From the NCBI GenBank assembly GCA_017525225.1, contig JAFXTB010000068.1, positions 14,526 through 78,525 on the forward strand: a stretch of 64,000 nt of DNA, in the 5' to 3' direction. Shown one piece after another: positions 62,032-64,000 of the stretch; within the stretch, counting starts at the first letter, position 1; every line of letters begins with the position of its first letter. The notes under the pieces are model-generated. The model had not been told where the DNA came from and did not search any database. It saw nothing but the letters and a program-made list of their open reading frames with translations. The stretch is from Kiritimatiellia bacterium. GTDB taxonomy: Bacteria; Verrucomicrobiota; Kiritimatiellia; RFP12; UBA1067. Position numbers and translations under genes: made by a program.

Positions 62032-62715
62032 TCAGTGCTGCGTGGCATAGCAGCCGTCCACGTTCTGCCAGGGCGTGGCCGCGAAGAATCCAGAGATCGC
62101 GGCATCGTACGCGGCCGTGTGCGCGAAGGCCTTCTTCATCAGGCGGAAGCGCGTATCAAGGCCGAGCGTGCCGCCGCGGGCCGCCAGCTCCTGCGCGATG
62201 TTCGCGTAATCGCCGGGGTCGGTGACGGACGCCACGCGGAGATAGTTCTTGGCGGAAGCTCTCACCATGCACGGACCGCCGATGTCTATGTTCGTGCGCG
62301 CCATCTCGGGAGTGACGTCCGGGCGGGCCACCGTCTCGCGGAACGGATACAGGTTCACCACCACCATGTCGATGGGGCGCGCGGCAAGGCGCTTGAGGTC
62401 CGACTGGTGGGCAGCGTTGTAGGTCTCGGACAGCAGACCGAGATATATCTTGAAGTCAAGCGTCTTCACGAGGCCGCCCTGCATCTCCGGCTGGCCGGTG
62501 TACTCGCTCACCGCGACAAGCGAATCCTTCGCGGCGTCGCCAAGTATCTCGGCGACCTTGCGATACGTGCCGCCGGTGGAATAGATGGTCACGCCGGGGC
62601 ACGCCTTCACGAGCGCCGGTACAAAGGCTTCAAGGCCGGTCTTGTCGGACACGCTCATCAGCACGTTCCGGACCGGCACGCGGTTGTCGATTTCAGTCAC
62701 AATGTTGAGGGACAT
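62032..62715 (-). CDS. stand-alone IMP cyclohydrolase (MGS-like N-terminal domain of PurH); the AICAR transformylase domain is absent
   Basis: 'VLMSVSDKTGLEAF', 'IYSTGGTYRKV', 'TGQPEMQGGLVKTLDFKIYLGLL', 'VVVNLYPF', 'NIDIGGPCMVRASAKNY' and 'KAFAHTAAYDAAI'. It stops about 15 aa later, and a T-rich non-coding stretch follows. Confidence 0.75.
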   Translation of the reverse strand: MSLNIVTEIDNRVPVRNVLMSVSDKTGLEAFVPALVKACPGVTIYSTGGTYRKVAEILGDAAKDSLVAVSEYTGQPEMQGGLVKTLDFKIYLGLLSETYNAAHQSDLKRLAARPIDMVVVNLYPFRETVARPDVTPEMARTNIDIGGPCMVRASAKNYLRVASVTDPGDYANIAQELAARGGTLGLDTRFRLMKKAFAHTAAYDAAISGFFAATPWQNVDGCYATQH

Positions 62716-62750
62716 TCTTTTTCTCCTGTTGTTGCTAGGCGATGCCGGGT

Positions 62751-62761
62751 AGTATAGCAAA
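62751..62761 (-). promoter_or_regulatory. extended -10 TTTGCTATACT for the purH-like gene
   Basis: Reverse complement of agtatagcaaa, 35 nt upstream of the ATG at 62715, with RBS AGGAGAA. Confidence 0.4.
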
Positions 62762-62783
62762 TAATGCCGCCAGGTGAAAGCAC

Positions 62784-64000
<1,217 letters not shown>

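Noticed and set aside
59835-62105. The three small surface-locus ORFs are all in the same reading frame, which raises the idea of one gene split by stops.
   Set aside because: Each begins with its own typical signal peptide preceded by an RBS, and the inter-ORF stretches show no continuity of sequence features. The frame coincidence is plausible by chance.

Overview
GC-rich bacterial chromosomal segment. A hand count of one 60-nt line in a housekeeping gene gives about 72% GC. I call about 50 protein-coding genes, and all but three (agcS-like, sppA, ung) lie on the minus strand. I found no rRNA, tRNA, CRISPR array, integrase or transposase. Gene content points to an anaerobic, glycan-degrading member of the PVC superphylum (Lentisphaerota / Kiritimatiellota / Verrucomicrobiota-like): a PEP-CTERM protein, TAT-signal Gfo/Idh/MocA oxidoreductases, many glycoside hydrolases (GH2, GH20, GH78-like, GH109-like, beta-helix), an ECF sigma plus Ser/Thr kinase pair, rubrerythrin and FeoAB. 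This taxonomic call is inference only. Housekeeping genes recognised by motif are rlmB, rsmE, ung, proA, icd, fabD, fabG, citrate synthase, sppA, kduI, ridA and clpB (partial). All functional calls rest on motifs and architectures read from the translations; no database search was possible.

The observations I consider most worth following up are:
1. An AT-rich (about 35-43% GC on sampled lines) four-gene operon of zinc-ribbon membrane proteins sits directly downstream of an overlapping ECF-sigma / Ser/Thr-kinase pair. One 844-aa polytopic protein in it carries ten tandem DnaJ-type CxxCxGxG motifs.
2. An 8-kb co-directional surface locus encodes three secreted beta-rich proteins (one PEP-CTERM), a GT-C/TPR membrane protein, a zinc-ribbon-EIIA(Ntr) fusion and a giant beta-helix/discoidin protein.
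3. A recurrent extended -10 element, TTTGnTAnAAT, occurs upstream of at least 15 genes. In four cases it lies exactly 7 nt from the ATG, which implies leaderless mRNAs.
4. Two otherwise intact glycan/surface genes are each split by a single in-frame stop codon.
5. A secreted (GGGFHH)x6 / poly-proline protein.
6. A FeoB with a large Cys-rich loop insertion, followed by a 51-aa Cys-rich partner ORF that the ORF track misses.
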